Source of the DNA: Eremomyces bilateralis CBS 781.70
Taxonomy: Eukaryota
Assembly (NCBI GenBank): GCA_010015585.1
Contig: ML975184.1
Direction: 5' to 3' (one strand)
Length of the DNA stretch: 64,000 nt
Part shown: positions 25,268 through 39,004 of the stretch, in pieces
Layout of the letters: every line of letters starts with the position of its first letter
How positions within the stretch are numbered: position 1 is the first letter of the stretch
The notes under the pieces: model-generated
The model's input: only the letters and a program-made list of their open reading frames with translations
Databases searched by the model: none
What the model was told of the DNA's origin: nothing
Program-made: the position numbers and the translations under genes

Positions 25268-27048
25268 TCATTTCCCCCTCAGCGTCATCACCACATCCAA
25301 CTTCCCCATCGTCAACGTAAACGTATCTTTCGTCTGATTCTCAATCGCATCACAATCCTCGCTCGGCGCGAACTTCACGTCAAAGTTCCTCATAATGTTC
25401 GCCATGACCGCGCGCATCTCCATCATCGCCAACTTCTCCCCGATGCACTTGTACGGTCCCGTGCTGAACGTCAGGAACGCCCGCTTGTCCACCACGTACT
25501 CCGGCTTTGTGGTCCACCGCTCCGGCATGAACTCCAGCGGCTTGGGGAAGTACCGCGCGTCCCGCTGAATCGTGTGCACGGGCATCCAGATGATCGTGTT
25601 GCCAGGGATGAATTTGTCCTTGATGTGGATACCCTCGGGGGGTGTCTCGCGCTGCACACCGGAGGGGACGGCCGGGTGGAGACGGAGGGCTTCGCTAATG
25701 TAGCCGTCGAGGAGCGGGGAGTTCTCGACGTCTTCGCAGGTGAGGAAGGTCTTTTCGCCGGCGACACGGTCGATTTCGGCCTGGAGCTTGTGGAGCTGGT
25801 CGGGGTGCTTGCAGAGTTCGTACATGAGCCACGTCAGGGTGGATGCAGTAGTATCACTGTGAGAGTTAGGACGGTGGCAGTGCGGTGTCCGGGGATATAC
25901 TTACCTGCCAGCAACGATGACCAATCGGGTATCTGCATTCAGATGCAGAGGGATCTCTTCCTCGGTCGGATCCAGGAGCCAGCTAAAGATATCTGGCTTA
26001 TCAGGAGTGACCTGTGATCCTTTGAATCAGTATAATCTGGGAAAGATGTGGCCCGGTAACTGACCTTTTTGCGATCCTTCAAGACATGTGAAGTCCATTT
26101 CATAAAGTCTTTCAGAGTCTTTTGAATCACCGGCAACCGCAATAACAGGTTAGTGAACCATGCAATGTCTCGGAAAATGCCCAGTGGCTCCATCGAGCCA
26201 TGCAGATCCTTAATCACCTGATCCTCCTTTCCCTTCTCGAGCATACCAAAACTGCGGCTGAACCCGATATCACCCATGACATCGAAGGAGTAAAAGTTCA
26301 CCCAGTCGGAGAATCGCAGCGTTTTCCCCGCACGCTCCTTCAGCTGATCCATCAGAAGCGTGGTGTGGCGCATCACGCGTGGCTCGTAGTCTCTGAGGGC
26401 CTTGGCGTTGAATCCGCGATCCCAGATCCGGCGGCGATCTCGATGCTCCTTCTTATCGCGGCAGGTGTGGAGCGAGGAGCCTTCGATATGGTGCCCGCCC
26501 TGGTACCACGGCCCCTTGGTGCATTTGCTCAAGGCGCCGTGGACGACTGGGACGGCGTCGACATCGGCGATTGATAGCTCGCGAGGCCCAAGACGGATGT
26601 AGTCACCGTACTGCTTGTGGAGTTTCTCGACCTCGGCGAAGTATCGGACCTTTCCCCACGTGAGGTAGAAGGAATAGAACTTAGTGACCTTGGCTAGGAG
26701 GGGACCCGGGTACTAGACAGATAAGCTTTGCACGTCGTGATTTGGCAAGGAAAAACTTACATGACGAAGACGGTGGAAGAAGAATCGATAAATCACTATG
26801 CTCGTAAAGATCGTCGCAAAATAGACGGTAAAGGCGGTGGTGGTCACGACAAAGGCATCGAACACGGTATTGACGCTGCCAGCAGAGATGAGGGCAAAAT
26901 TCAACGCCGCATAAACGGATTGGCCGAGCAGAATCAGGATCCATATCGAAGCGTCTGGCTCTCCTTGAGCAAGTGCTGCGTGCGTTGCCAAACCAAGCGC
27001 TGCAATGAGCGGCTTGCTTTCCAGCAAGGTCACCAAAGCTGGCGCCAT
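25268..27048 (-). CDS. Cytochrome P450 monooxygenase, 4 exons
   Basis: N-terminal TM segments, RLRH|YPGP, IRLGPRELS, AG|SDTT I-helix, EALR, PERW, FSTGPYKCIG heme motif. Confidence 0.95.
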
Positions 27049-28113
27049 TGTGAAGGTCCTGGACAAACCCGTTCAACGAGATGAGATCAAGAGAAGGCTT
27101 ATGAAGTACTTGATTGTCAATAAAATACGAATTGGTTCCGAACGACAGAACTCGCAAGTTCCAAAACCTGAAGTCTTAAGACATGGTGGACGGCAGTGGA
27201 TAGCGGGGTAATATATTGTGCATAGAAATAGTTGAATCACGGTAGGGCTTGTCAGTTGTCGAGTCAGATGCAAGATTCAATCATAGCCGGAGAATGTGGT
27301 CCGAGGTGCCTTAGCCTCGTCCTGAGTCGAACTCTCCCAAGATGGCTGAGAAAGTATGAATGCGCAATTGCACATGTTGGTGCCTCACTAGACCGTCGAG
27401 TCTGGTCTGGTCTCGAATCCGGGGCAATGGTCCCCTATTCCCACATAACGTATTAGCGGGTTGCGGGGAAGAGGGGTTCAGATTCTGTTCTGTTCCGTCC
27501 TCCGGGGCGGAAAGCCTCAACTCCGAGCCTTCGTCCAATGGGAAGCATGGTAAAACCGTTGACTCGCAATGTGCGACTCAGTTTCGGTCTGGAGAGGGAT
27601 GAGGATGATCAGCATATTTCGAGGGTCGTTGATATGCTATTGATCATGATCGCCAAGGTTTGGATTGGACAGCCGGAATCTCAGTTGAATCTCAGATATA
27701 ATTCCTCTCGATTCGAGCGAGTGCACCCATGCAGCAGACTCAGTGTTGAAGACAATGATGAGGAAGAGAACAATAATGAAAACGACAACGAGGACAATAG
27801 TAATGAAGCAGCAAGAGGACCTAATATTGAAACCCTGTAACTAACCAGTTAGCGGGAAATATGATTCCGATAGCATAATACCTGGTCTTAGGCACAAAGG
27901 CGTGTTGAAATGAGGAACCGAAGCCATCAAATCTCCAATATCAAAGTCGGCTTTCACTAGCATCCGAGCCCGAATTCTGAATACACTTGATTCAAGATTG
28001 ATGGTGATTTACGTCGTGCATTAATGTCTCGAGATTTGCTAGCAGGTGGACCCACCTAATTTTGTTTTAGTGCGCACAATGTCACCTCAAAAGACGGAAA
28101 ACATTTCATCAGC

Positions 28114-28204
28114 GGGTGTATGGTCTAGAGGTATGATTCTTGCTTAGGGAAGTCAACACTTCAAAACATGCAAGAGGTCCCGCGTTCGATTCGCGGTACA
28201 CCCC
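28114..28204 (+). tRNA. tRNA-Pro(AGG) with 19-nt intron (28150-28168)
   Basis: Acceptor GGGTGTA/TACACCC, D arm TGGTCTAGAGGTATGA, anticodon stem CTTGC/GCAAG around TT-AGG-G, T arm CCGCG-TTCGATT-CGCGG, downstream poly-T terminator. Confidence 0.92.
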
Positions 28205-29009
28205 CTATTCATTTCTTTTTTGCCTTTTTTTTGCCGTGGTTCTCATGTGTAAGATGGACTTTGGGTAGGTTGGGGCTGTATTGAGCTGGTGTTTTGGTAA
28301 GAGAAGGTGGGCTTCTGGAGGGAATAGAGGGAGCGGCTACTCGGATGTCTAACACATAAAATACCATGGTGGTGTCAGGTTACTATTTTGCTTTAACCCT
28401 GCGGGCTACTGTTCAATTTCATTGTTTCTATATATCATAGTCCTGTAAGGAATACAGCAGCCACTAATCCTTTCCTCCCGTTTAAATATATTGTTTTATA
28501 AGATTCTAGACGAACTCCTCCCCAAGTCCCTAACGATACAATCCTCCATCTAGGGCGGAAGAAGTCGGGACCCTTCGCCTTTGATGTCCCCCGAAATATC
28601 CATCTACGTCTTTAAAACGCTCAATTGTCCTACTAGAGAATGGTTTGTTCAATTGATCATTCCACGTACCTAAAATGAGTAGGCGAATCATAAATACAAA
28701 GGATCGAAGTAGACCCGCATGTCGGTTCACAAAGGTAGGTACAGGGAATTTCCGATCCCAATGGCTCCAGAGCACTCCGAATCCCCAATTATACTGCCGG
28801 TAGCAGTGTCCATTCCAGGTTCGCCGACCCTGCCAGATTGGACCCATCCGAAAAGGCGCCATCGCTAAGTACGCAAAAGTCCCACGCATATCAACCACAA
28901 GTTCGGGAGTTGTCCTCCGAAACGCCAGCAAAGAGTACACCATCCTACACAACAACACTCCTCCAATCCCTACCTCCTCGACTTGTTTCCTCTTTCGAAA
29001 GCTTCGAAC

Positions 29010-31260
29010 TCACTCGATACTCATCTTCATCAATCCATCACTCGTATCCGTCATCCCCTGCAACCCCACCCTCTTCGGCCCCATCCCCGGCGTCCCCATC
29101 ACACCATTCCCATTTCCATTCCCATTCCCATTTCCACTCCCCGGCACCACGCTGCCCTCCCTACTCCGCTTCCCAAACGCCCCCGCCGACCCACCCGCCG
29201 TCCCCCACAAAGGCCCAGCGCCACCTCCTCCGCTCCCCGGACTCTGGCTCAGCACCGGGCTATTCTGCACGGACAATCCCGGGCTTACGGCGCGACGCTT
29301 AAGGCTCATGCCGTCGAACTCATCGTCGCGACGTCGCTTGGAGGCTTTACGGATGCCGTCAGCTGCCGATGGCGGAAAGTGGAGCGAGTTCGGGGGTTGC
29401 GGAGTGGTGGCGCGGGAGTGGCTCGCAGCGTGGGCGTGGGCGTTGGTGGCGGGGGCGTCGAATGGGTTGGCAACGGCGGTGAGGTTCGGCGGAGTGGTTT
29501 GCTGAGCGAGGGAGAGGGCGAGGGAGAGGTTGCCGTGGTGCGAGGTTGAGTGGGAGTGCGAGGTGGAGGAGAAGAGCGAGGCGGAGCGGCTAGAGGCCGA
29601 GATCGAGGGGCTGGAGGGGCCCATGCTGATGTCGTCGCTCATTGCGGAGCCGCGGGGGAAGAGTGGTGGCGGTCCGGGCTGCCGGCTGCCGTTGCCATTT
29701 GTGTCGTTGGGAGACGTGCCCGTGCCGTTCGATGGGAGCGGCTCGAAGGTGTTCCAGAATTCGCGGCTGCCGAAGGCGGGTGGGAAGGCTCCGAAAAGCC
29801 CTTTGGCACCGCCGGGGTGGTCGGCTGGCATGCGGTCGTCTCCTAGCATGCCGGTGAGAGTGTCCGAGTTCGAGTGACCGGCAGAGCTGGAAGGGCGGAT
29901 CATGTCACCGTCGCTTTCGCGGACTTGACGGATAACTTCGGCTTCACGGCGGATATCGGCATCAAGGGGGTGGGTTTCGGCGATGAGGTCATCTTTAATG
30001 CGACCGAATGCACGTGTTTTTGGCTGTGAAGTTTTTGTTAGGATGGTTCGAAACGGATACATTGTTGTTTGGTAAACGAACCAAGAGGTTACCTCGCCGC
30101 GTCACAGCACGTCTCACCACGCCCGGTGTTCCTGGAGGCGGTCGACCCGCTTCATCGCCGCTGTCGTTACCTGAAGAAATGTGAAGATCGTTCGTATGGA
30201 AGCTCAGGCTTTCTCGCCGGGATCCCGCGTTCCGCATGGCCACTTCTCGCGCAAAATATCCACCGTTGCTTTCCGACGCTTTTCCGTTTGGAGGGGATGC
30301 AGGGGCGGGGCTGGCGAGGGAGCTGTGTCCGCTCATGCTTGCACTGGACGAGCTCTTTCGACTGCGGTGGCGTCGCAATCGTGCTCGTTGATAGTTCATG
30401 AATCCAGCGGACCCTCCGGCGAAGCTGTTTCCGAATGGGTTTGCTGTGGATGGAGCGAAAGGAGTGGATGCACTGGCGTTGTTTGATTTCATGGCCTGCG
30501 GGGTGGAAATGATCATGTCGTCGGTTTCGTCATGGTCCATCGGATCGATGTCATCATCACTGTTGGAGGAGCTCTCATCATCCAACATGGCGATGCTTCC
30601 AAGTGAGCTGGTCGCAGCCATTTTATCGCCATGCTGTGACCATGCATTGCTTCCCATGCTGTGCGAATCGAATCCGCTTGTAAACGCTGATCGGCGTTGG
30701 TTGGGAATCATCATGCCCTTCTGTGTGATGGTAGGTGAGGAGTCGGGCGATGACTCTGCGAGGGTAGAATGATGAAGATTGGTGCACGCACGAGCAAAAT
30801 CCAGGCCCCGTGAGTGACGAGGAAGAACTTGATGTGATGGAGATCCGTACGGGCCTCGAGGATGATGTAGTGGTGGGGAGAGCGGTGCCCGATTCACTGA
30901 TAGACCGGTGCTGAACACTTCTCTCGGCGGCATCTGCAATGACAAGCCGCGTTGGTGGAAGTTTGGTCGGCGCGGGGTCTTTGGGTCAGCATGAATATGG
31001 TTGTCATCCTTGGAGGATTTGGCCTCGCGGATATCGGGCGAAGGGATCAACTTCGGGGTAGAATCGGATAGGGATCGTGTCTTGGTTGGTGTACAAACCA
31101 GCTGTTCACCAGAGTGCGGACCAGCAGCGCTCAACGCGCTGGATGTTTGGGAATTGTGGTCTGGTGGTGGGAAAGAGTTGGACAATCCACGCTCCAGCAT
31201 AACTCCCAATGCAGAGAAAGGAACGGAGTCCTGCTTTGTATCTCTTGGAGCGGGCTTCAT
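29010..31260 (-). CDS. Conserved Pezizomycotina Ser/Gly-rich hypothetical protein, 2 exons (start uncertain)
   Basis: ORFs 29995-31260 and 29010-30062 join through a GT..CAG intron at RRGNLL|PKTRAFGRI. Conserved-looking blocks LPRHSRGLDFARACTNLHHSTLAESSPDSSP, REAEVIRQVRE, KRRAVSPG, GMTDTSDGLMKMSIE. Confidence 0.8.
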
Positions 31261-31915
31261 GATATAGGTACTGCAGCTGTTCGTATGTTTGTATCGGGAG
31301 GGCGGCTAGACAAAGACACCAGGCTGGAGAGTGGGATCCTGGGAATAAAGGGGGTACATATTGGCAAGTATCATTTCGAGATGCTGATTGAGCCAGAATT
31401 GGAGGAGACTTGCAGGAAAAGGGTTGAGGAACTCTTTGGACGCACAAGACATGCGATATCGAGATGGTGATGCGGCACTGGTGAGGTCAAGCCTCCAGGT
31501 CCTGCTTGAACCCATTGGTTGGCGCCATCGGGCGGAAACATTCTGTTCATTTTAATTGGCCATATTTTAACGCTATTCCCTCTTTGGTTAGTACCCACTT
31601 CATTACCCCACCATACTAAATATCCTTGGCGTTCGCGTTTCCTTTGTGCTGCCTTGTTGCCTTTGTGCCTCTTCAGCTTTATGTTCATCAATCTTCATGC
31701 CTAGCCACACTACCATGTAATAGAAGGCTAGACATGGCTAGAATTGATTACAGTATCACTCATAAGGTAGTTATACTGTCCCATAAGTCATACTCCGCCA
31801 TATGTGCTCCTCCGTGAATGGTATGGAAATATCATGTTGCTCCCAATTCCACACCTCGTTCAGCGCACCATGGTCTGTCGTCCACATTAGATCTCCTTCG
31901 TAACTCCTCGCTGCA

Positions 31916-33418
31916 TCAAATACACACAACTCCCCTCATATACTCCACCTCCTCCCACAAAGCGACCCTAACATTCAGCATCTGCAGTACCCACTGATTC
32001 ATCACAAGATCCCTCCGAATCTTGCCCACGCAGCGGCACAGCTTCAACCCCCTCTCAGTCGTCCTCCGCTCCTCCAGAAACTCCCCACACTCCTTCTCCC
32101 ACCCCCGACTCTGATTCCACAGCTCATGTACCCCTTGCAAGTGCGGCGGCCGATCATGCCACGCATCGTATAGTTCAAAGTGCTGCTTCCCGGCGCTCTC
32201 ATCCCGAGTCGACCATGCCACCCGCGCGTACAGCTCGATCAGCACGTCCTGGCCGTTCCGCGCCGCCGCACACCCCGTATTGAGCGCCTCGCCGATGCGG
32301 AAGCACACGTGGAGCCGGGTGGCATTAGTGATGCCGATGATGGGTGAGCGGTCGCGGACGGGCGGAGGGAACCGGGGGCGGGCGAAGAGTGGGATGGGGA
32401 GATTTGGAGCACTGGTGAGGATTGCTTGAGGGATAGGCTGGTGAGGATCAGGGTCGTGGGATAGGATTCCGCCGTTCGTAGGATTGGATTTTTCGGGGGT
32501 CGTGTCAGTGGTAAGCGGGGATAAGTCGTCTAGATCGTCGAAGTTGAAGTCATATGGGTCCCTGGAAATGGTAGAGGACGGTTCTGGGCCTGGTCTGCTG
32601 TTTGCATCCGAGCTGGGTACCTGTTCGGTAGCCACTGGTGTCATCAGAGGCTTCGCGCTCTTGGTGGTGCTGGGAGTATGTTTCTTCATGGATTCCGCGT
32701 AGACATCAATCGGTACCAGGTCATCATCGTCAAGAAGTACGTCACCGTACTCGTCTGTGGACGGATGGCAATCTTGGACGTCAATGGCATCGGAGTAGTC
32801 GGATGGTCTATCGAGGTGCTGACTTGGTTGCTGACTGCCCTGTTCGTTGATTGAGTGGATCTGTTCGGCATTCGGATATTCAGCTCTATTGACGATTGGT
32901 ATTGCGGGAATCAGCTGAGACTGAATAGTAGACGTCTGAGTCGAAACATTTCCATTGAAGTCAGACTGTGGGGTTGCATGATCGGCTGGATCAGGGTAAC
33001 GGAAGTTTTGCAGTCTACTCAGCGTCGTCTCAGAGAGAGCTGGCGCTGCAAATTGTTGTAATGGAGATCCGTTCATGAGTTCGGGTGGCAAAGCGGTGGG
33101 ACTATAGCCCGAGGCTCTATTGTTCGCGGTCGCCTTTCCGGATACTGCTCTGCTACGCTTTGGCTGAAACTTGTATGCATCCTGCTTGCCCTTGCGCTTC
33201 TTTACGGCGTGAACATTGATGTCTACAGGGTCGACAGGAGCGTATGATTGAGGAGGCCCCGATGGAGGCGGAGATCTGTTGCCATTGATTGCGGTCCAGC
33301 CGAAGTTCGAGGCACACAGGGTCTGGCTGTATTTAATCAGCAATGAACACAAAAAGGGTTGAACATTGTATGCCTACCTCGTAAACGGATCGACTCCTTG
33401 CTCTTCCGAATGCTCCAT
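31916..33418 (-). CDS. Hypothetical protein with disordered N-terminus and globular C-terminal domain, 2 exons
   Basis: 41-nt exon 1 (MEHSEEQGVDPFT) splices in frame to the 31916-33352 ORF. C-terminal RPRFPPPVRDRSPIIG..CFRIGEALN..IELYARV..DRPP block. Confidence 0.75.
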
Positions 33419-34506
33419 TTCCTGGAAAAATCGTATCGTATCTTCGTTTCGGCGTGCAACCGTTATCGGATTAGCTCTACCACAGGACTCATAACGCTCT
33501 CTGCTTGACTAGGTGCGCGACTCAGATGTACCGAAACACAGATATGGACAGCTCGGATGCAGTGAACGATAGACTTGGAAAAAATTACAGAGAGATATTA
33601 CTCCATCATCAGAAGACTGAAAGCGATTGAAGAGGGTCGTGTTGAACTCATGAAAGATCCAAACCGGAATTGGCTGGGAGTTTGGATTGTCTTCGGTCCT
33701 TGGTAACGAGGAAGGAACCCAAAACAGGAAGTCGCAACCCTCGTGGACGCGAGCCCGCATCGAGTCACGGGATATCATCATCATCGTGACACATCATATC
33801 GCGATGATACAACTCGTTCTCGGGTAATGGAGACACACTTCATCTCTGCATTGCGAATTGTCAGTCTCATTGTTGTCAAGCAAATATTTGAATCGCAGGG
33901 CCAAGAAATAACCATCCTCATTATTCAGCGGACGGCAGGAACAATAGACGCAGCGTGGGGTTTAGCGGATCCACGGATGATGTCGTAACGTTGTTCGGTT
34001 TCCTCACGACTACTCTTCGCCGTCTTCGGGATTCATCTGCTTCTTGTCAATCGTTTCATATCCAGATATTCGCTAGAAAGAGTTGACGAGGTTGATCAGG
34101 TCACTGGACGAGGACAATAGAGCTGAATAGCTCAAGCCGCATTGGCTGATTCTCCTTCCTATTGTTCCCACCTTCACCCATTCATTTGCCAAGGGTGTTA
34201 CTTGGTCACTCATCAGCTTGCTCGTCACGCGCATACTCTATGATAGAGAGGGTTATTTTCTTAATACCAGCGATAAGAGCAATCTTCGCCATACCCGCAA
34301 CCCCGATCTCGATGAACGCATTTTAAGTTATCCTCCCTTTGTTACTCCGGTCTCGTTCATCTCTCCCTCCGACCCTCTGCACGTGAAGGTATCAGACCCT
34401 GAAACCCGACGTGTTCGCCAGTTTAAGGAGAGATACCCAAGGCGCGGCGTCGCAATCTCACTTACGAAGTGAGTGGGAGCCGACTTAAGGCTTCATCTTT
34501 TCGACC

Positions 34507-36125
34507 ATGTTCAGTGGATCGGTAAGTCAGTGACATTTGTTGATAACTCCCATCACTCCATCCAGGGCACAGATCGCCCCGTTGCCTTGAGCGGTTATAT
34601 GTCTCTTGAGTTGCAGAAATGTATAAAATCTGGGCTTTGGCTGCAATCATGACCAGTCCTATTGTATTCTGTCCTTTCTTAAGTCGTTGTCGATCCTTGT
34701 TGCCAGGCCCCATTTCTCCAAAATCATGTGCACCGTTTATATTTTTCGGAAACTGTTCTCATGTATTCTTAAACAGAAGAAGCCGTATTCGGCCATCACC
34801 GTCCAAATAGAACGGTTGACCAGCGAGGCATACGAGGAACATGATCTGGCGGGCATCGTGGACTTGGTGGAAGTGATTAGGATCCAGGACACAGGTCCAA
34901 CAGAGGCAGCGAGAGCCATTCGGAAAAAACTGTGAGTCTTCTGGCATATTTGAAGAGCCTGGCTTACGATATTCAGGAAGTATGGAAGTCCACACAAGCA
35001 GCTACGTGCTCTCACCATATTGGACGCGTTGATCCAAAATGCCGGTAAGGGGTTTCAGAGGACATTTGCCGATGAACCGCTTCTCGAGCGTCTCCGTATT
35101 GTGTCACAAGATGATATGGTTGATGCTGAGGTCCGGCAGAAATGCAACGTCCTGTTCCGCCAATGGGCAGCTGGGTATAAGAACAAACAGGGCCTACAGG
35201 GAATTGCATCATTGTATAAGCAGCTCCCGAAAACGAGGCGACCTCAGCCTCAACAATCCAGAGTGGTTCGTGAGACGGAAGCAGACACGCACGAGCAACC
35301 GCCATCACCGACAGCCACACGCTCAAGGGGGACGTCGTCAGCTACTGTCTACGCTGGTCATTCTCGAGCGTCTTCTTCAACCGCTCCAATATCACTAGGA
35401 AATACCACACCCCCAAGCTCGTCCATCTTCCGATCCTCCAAAGACAAAAAGAGCAAAGCGAAGCCCTTCAACCTCGAGAAAGAACGGCATCAGATCCTCG
35501 AAACCATCGCCAGCGCCTCTGTCGCCAGTACCAACCTCGTCAACGCCCTCAAGCTCATCAACCGCGAATCCCAGCGTGTCAGCGAGAACCCCGAAGTCAT
35601 GAAACGCTTCGATACCTGCAAGCGCCTCCGCCGCCAGATCCTACGCTACATCCAACTCGTCGAGTCTGAGCAGTACATCGGCAGCCTACTCAGTGCGAAC
35701 GACGAGCTCGTCAAGGCGCTGATGGCGTTCGAGGTGCTCGACAAGAGCATGGAGGATGATAGTGACAGCGACAATGAGGCATTGCAGGAAGCGCGTTCGG
35801 AGTTTATCCATGAACCCGCTCGTGGGGGGGGTGTCAATGAGGGGTTCTCGCGGTTGAGCATGCAGGAACAGCCGCCAGCGAGGCAATCCAGGCCGTCGTC
35901 AATGTCGATGCCGCCGCCGATTCCGAGTGCCGCGAGTAAGCATCGGATATCACAGTATCGACCGGAACCGGAGCCGGAAGATGAGGTGGATGACGATGAT
36001 CCGTTTGGAGATCAGAATGCGGTGAAGACCCCGTATGTCGAAAAGGGCGGGATGACCTGGTAAGATGGTTGGTCATTTTTTTGAAGATGTGCATCGGCTA
36101 ACATAAATCCAGGCGAGATGTCTAG
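34507..36125 (+). CDS. LSB5: VHS/GAT-domain endocytic adaptor Lsb5, 4 exons
   Basis: MFSGS|KKPYSAITVQIERLTSEAYEEHD..GPTEAARAIRKKL|KYGSPHKQLRALTILDALIQNAG; GAT region LRRQILRYIQLVESEQYIGSLLSANDELV; DPFGD; last exon TW|RDV*. Confidence 0.88.
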
Positions 36126-36426
36126 GGAGCGTGTGATATGGATTTATTATATCTGTAGCGACATTACTTCTTATTGTATGAGAGCTGCAAATACCCCCCA
36201 ATGCCAATTGTGTTATTATTTGCTGAGAACACTGTATCAATGGTGATTAAGTGCTTTGATGGCCCAAAGAAACCTATATCTGCATGCCTGAGTCCTTCCC
36301 TGTCTTCTTTCATATGCCCAACCGTCTAGATTTCGCCAGTCGATTCTGGATTCCCCAGATCATATAAATCCTACCGTGATCGCATGCTTGGTTTCCTGTT
36401 CTCTCATCCAATAAAATCTGCCGCAA

Positions 36427-38597
36427 TGGAGAACATCACCAACGTAGTCACCGGCTCCGGAGATGGCTTGCGCAACGAGTCTCTCGATGGCTTACAAAGC
36501 AACAAACAGCGAAAGATCATGGACGTGGTCGACCGGCTCCGCCGCAACGGGCTCAGCACAATCCTCCAGCTCCCCCAACTCGTCGTCTGCGGCGACCAGT
36601 CCAGCGGGAAGAGCTCGGTCCTCGAAGCGGTCACCGGCATCGACTTCCCCCGCAAGGAGAACCTCTGAACCCAGTTCGCCACCGAGATCGTGATGCGGCG
36701 GGCGAGCGCCGAGTCGATCACCACGAAGATCATCCCCGACAAGAACCGCTCGACGGACGAGCAGGATCGACTGAAGCGGTTCGAGCTCTCCATCAGTAAC
36801 TTCTCCGAGCTGCCGGAGCTGATCCACGAGGCGACCGTCGCGATGGGGCTGCTCGACGAGGACGGGGCGAACAAGCAAGCGTTCGCGCGCGACGTGCTCA
36901 GCATCGAGATCAGCGGACCGGGATATCCCCAGCTGACGCTCGTCGACCTCCCGGGGCTCATCCACTCCGGCAACAAATCGCAGAGCGAAACGGATGTCCA
37001 ATTGATCCACGACCTCGTCGACGAATACATCGCCAACCCACGCACGATCATTCTAGCCGTCATTTCCGCCGAGAACGACTATGCGGGCCAGATCATCCTC
37101 AAGAAAGCGCGCCTGGTGGACCCGAAGGGCAGCCACACGCTGGGGATCATCACGAAGCCTGGCTTTCTTCGCGCGGGATCGGACAACGAGCGGGCGTGGC
37201 TGGACCTGGCAGCGAATAAGGATATCTACTTCGGGCTCGGGCGGCACATGGTGAAGAACCGCGCCGACAGAGAGGTCATGACGCTCCGGGAACGGAATGA
37301 GGTCGAGATGAACTTTTTCAGCAAAGGAGCGTATAAGGACCTGCCTCGCGACCAGTTGGGCATCGACTCACTCTATATCCGGCTGAGCAACCTGCTCGTT
37401 CGCCACCTCGAACGCGAGCTCCCGTCGTTGAAGAGGGAACTAGATCAGATGTTGGCCGATGTGCAGCAGAAGCTCAAGGAGGCGGGCGTCAAGCGCACCA
37501 CGCCTGGAGAGCAACGTCAGTTCCTCACGGCGGTGGGCGCGGAGGCGAGCGAGATTCTGAAGTGCGGCGTGCAAGGCCAATACGAGCATCCGTTCTTCCC
37601 GACCATCGCGACCGACAAGCCGGTGGACGCGCAAGACAATCATACGCGGCTGCGAGCGCTGGTGCAATTCCTGAACCATGATTTTGCACGGCGGATGCAC
37701 GAATACGGACATAAATACGCAGTTGAACCAAAAGACAGGAAAGATGCGGACAAGAAAGACGAGCAGAAATCGGATTACTTAGGCTTGAACCCGAAGGTCA
37801 TGGACTGGGAAGAAGGGACACGTTGGGTCCTAAATATCCTTCGGGAACTTCAACCCCTTGATCATCAACCAACTATTCTAGGAGATATCGACGCCATGGG
37901 AAGGATCGCGATGGCCCACGTCGAGAATGTGGCTAAGGCGTGCGCTCAGTTCACGCACGGTACGATTAGTACGACAGTCCCCGAAGATGTCGCCAGTAAG
38001 ATCTGGTCACTCAAGGTCGATCCGAGGCTCCGTAAGCAGTCGCACAGCGCCAAGGACGAGTTGCGCCGGGTGCTGAAGGATAATCGCGGGCATTTGATCT
38101 CGTACAATCCGTAGTACGTGTCCGAAGTGCAGATGCGGAAGACGGACAAATGGCATAGCGACATGATGGAGAGCGTCAACAGCACGGTGCAAAACTTCGA
38201 GATCGGCGACGACGAGCAGTGCCTGCAGTGGACGCGAAAACGCCTCGTGGACCCCGTCCAGCTCAAAAAGAAGCTGCGCGAGAATCGCAACAACGTGAAC
38301 ATGGACCAGTACGCGGCGGAGGAAGCGCTCGATTGCGAGATCGCGTACTACCAGGACGAGATCAAGTACTTCATCAGCGCGGTCACGAAGCAAGTAGTCG
38401 AGCGGCACCTCGTGGCGCCCCTCCCGCGCGACCTGTTCTCCGCCGTCGTGGTCGCCGGCTTGTCGGACGACGAGCTGGAGTACATCGCGGGCGAGCCGTT
38501 CGAGATGACGCAGATGCGGAATCATCTGGAAGGCAGGCGGCGCCTGTTGGAGGAAGGGGAGAGAACGTTTCGGATGGCGATGGGAAGTCCGCGGTGA
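36427..38597 (+). pseudogene. Intronless dynamin/Mx-like GTPase pseudogene
   Basis: LPQLVVCGDQSSGKSSVLEA, LTLVDLPGLIH and a C-terminal GED-like region. TGA at 36666 (ENL*TQFATE), G4 motif reads TKPG, the GNFNPLIINQLF*EISTPWE block (about 37843-37902) is out of frame with an internal TAG, and another TAG lies at 38112. Confidence 0.88.
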
Positions 38598-38666
38598 AGA
38601 GTCGAGTAATTATGGTCTAGGCGTTTGAAGGTCCTCGTCCAGGCGTCCAGTTGACGCCAACGGAGG

Positions 38667-39004
38667 CACGCGGTGGACAGAAATCCTCGCATTACCGAAG
38701 TGCACCCGCGCCCACACAAAACCTGTAGGATTTAATGCATTCTACAAGTAATTAATACACATCATTTTAATATGATCCCATTTCGTGAAAACCCTCATAA
38801 TCCATCCCGAAGGCGGCCCCATAGGGGTTCTACGGAAAGATCACGTATCTGTGGTGCCGTCAATTTCGTGGAGATCCAACAACGCAGGCATGGTTTTAAC
38901 TCATAATAAGTGACTGTACAGATGGTGATTTGGTGAGGAAGACCCCTGTAGAGTATTGGTGGTGGGTGCACTTCGGCAATGCGAGGATTTTTGTCCACCG
39001 CGTG
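38667..39004. mobile_element. 338-bp MITE with 41-bp TIRs and 5-bp TSD (GGAGG)
   Basis: Left TIR 38667-38707 CACGCGGTGGACAGAAATCCTCGCATTACCGAAGTGCACCC matches the reverse complement of 38964-39004 at 39/41. GGAGG lies directly on both flanks (38662-38666, 39005-39009). The interior is non-coding. Confidence 0.85.

Noticed and set aside
34522..34776. Long first intron of LSB5 as a snoRNA host or nested twin intron
   Set aside because: No C/D or H/ACA boxes and no reconstitutable internal splice donor found.
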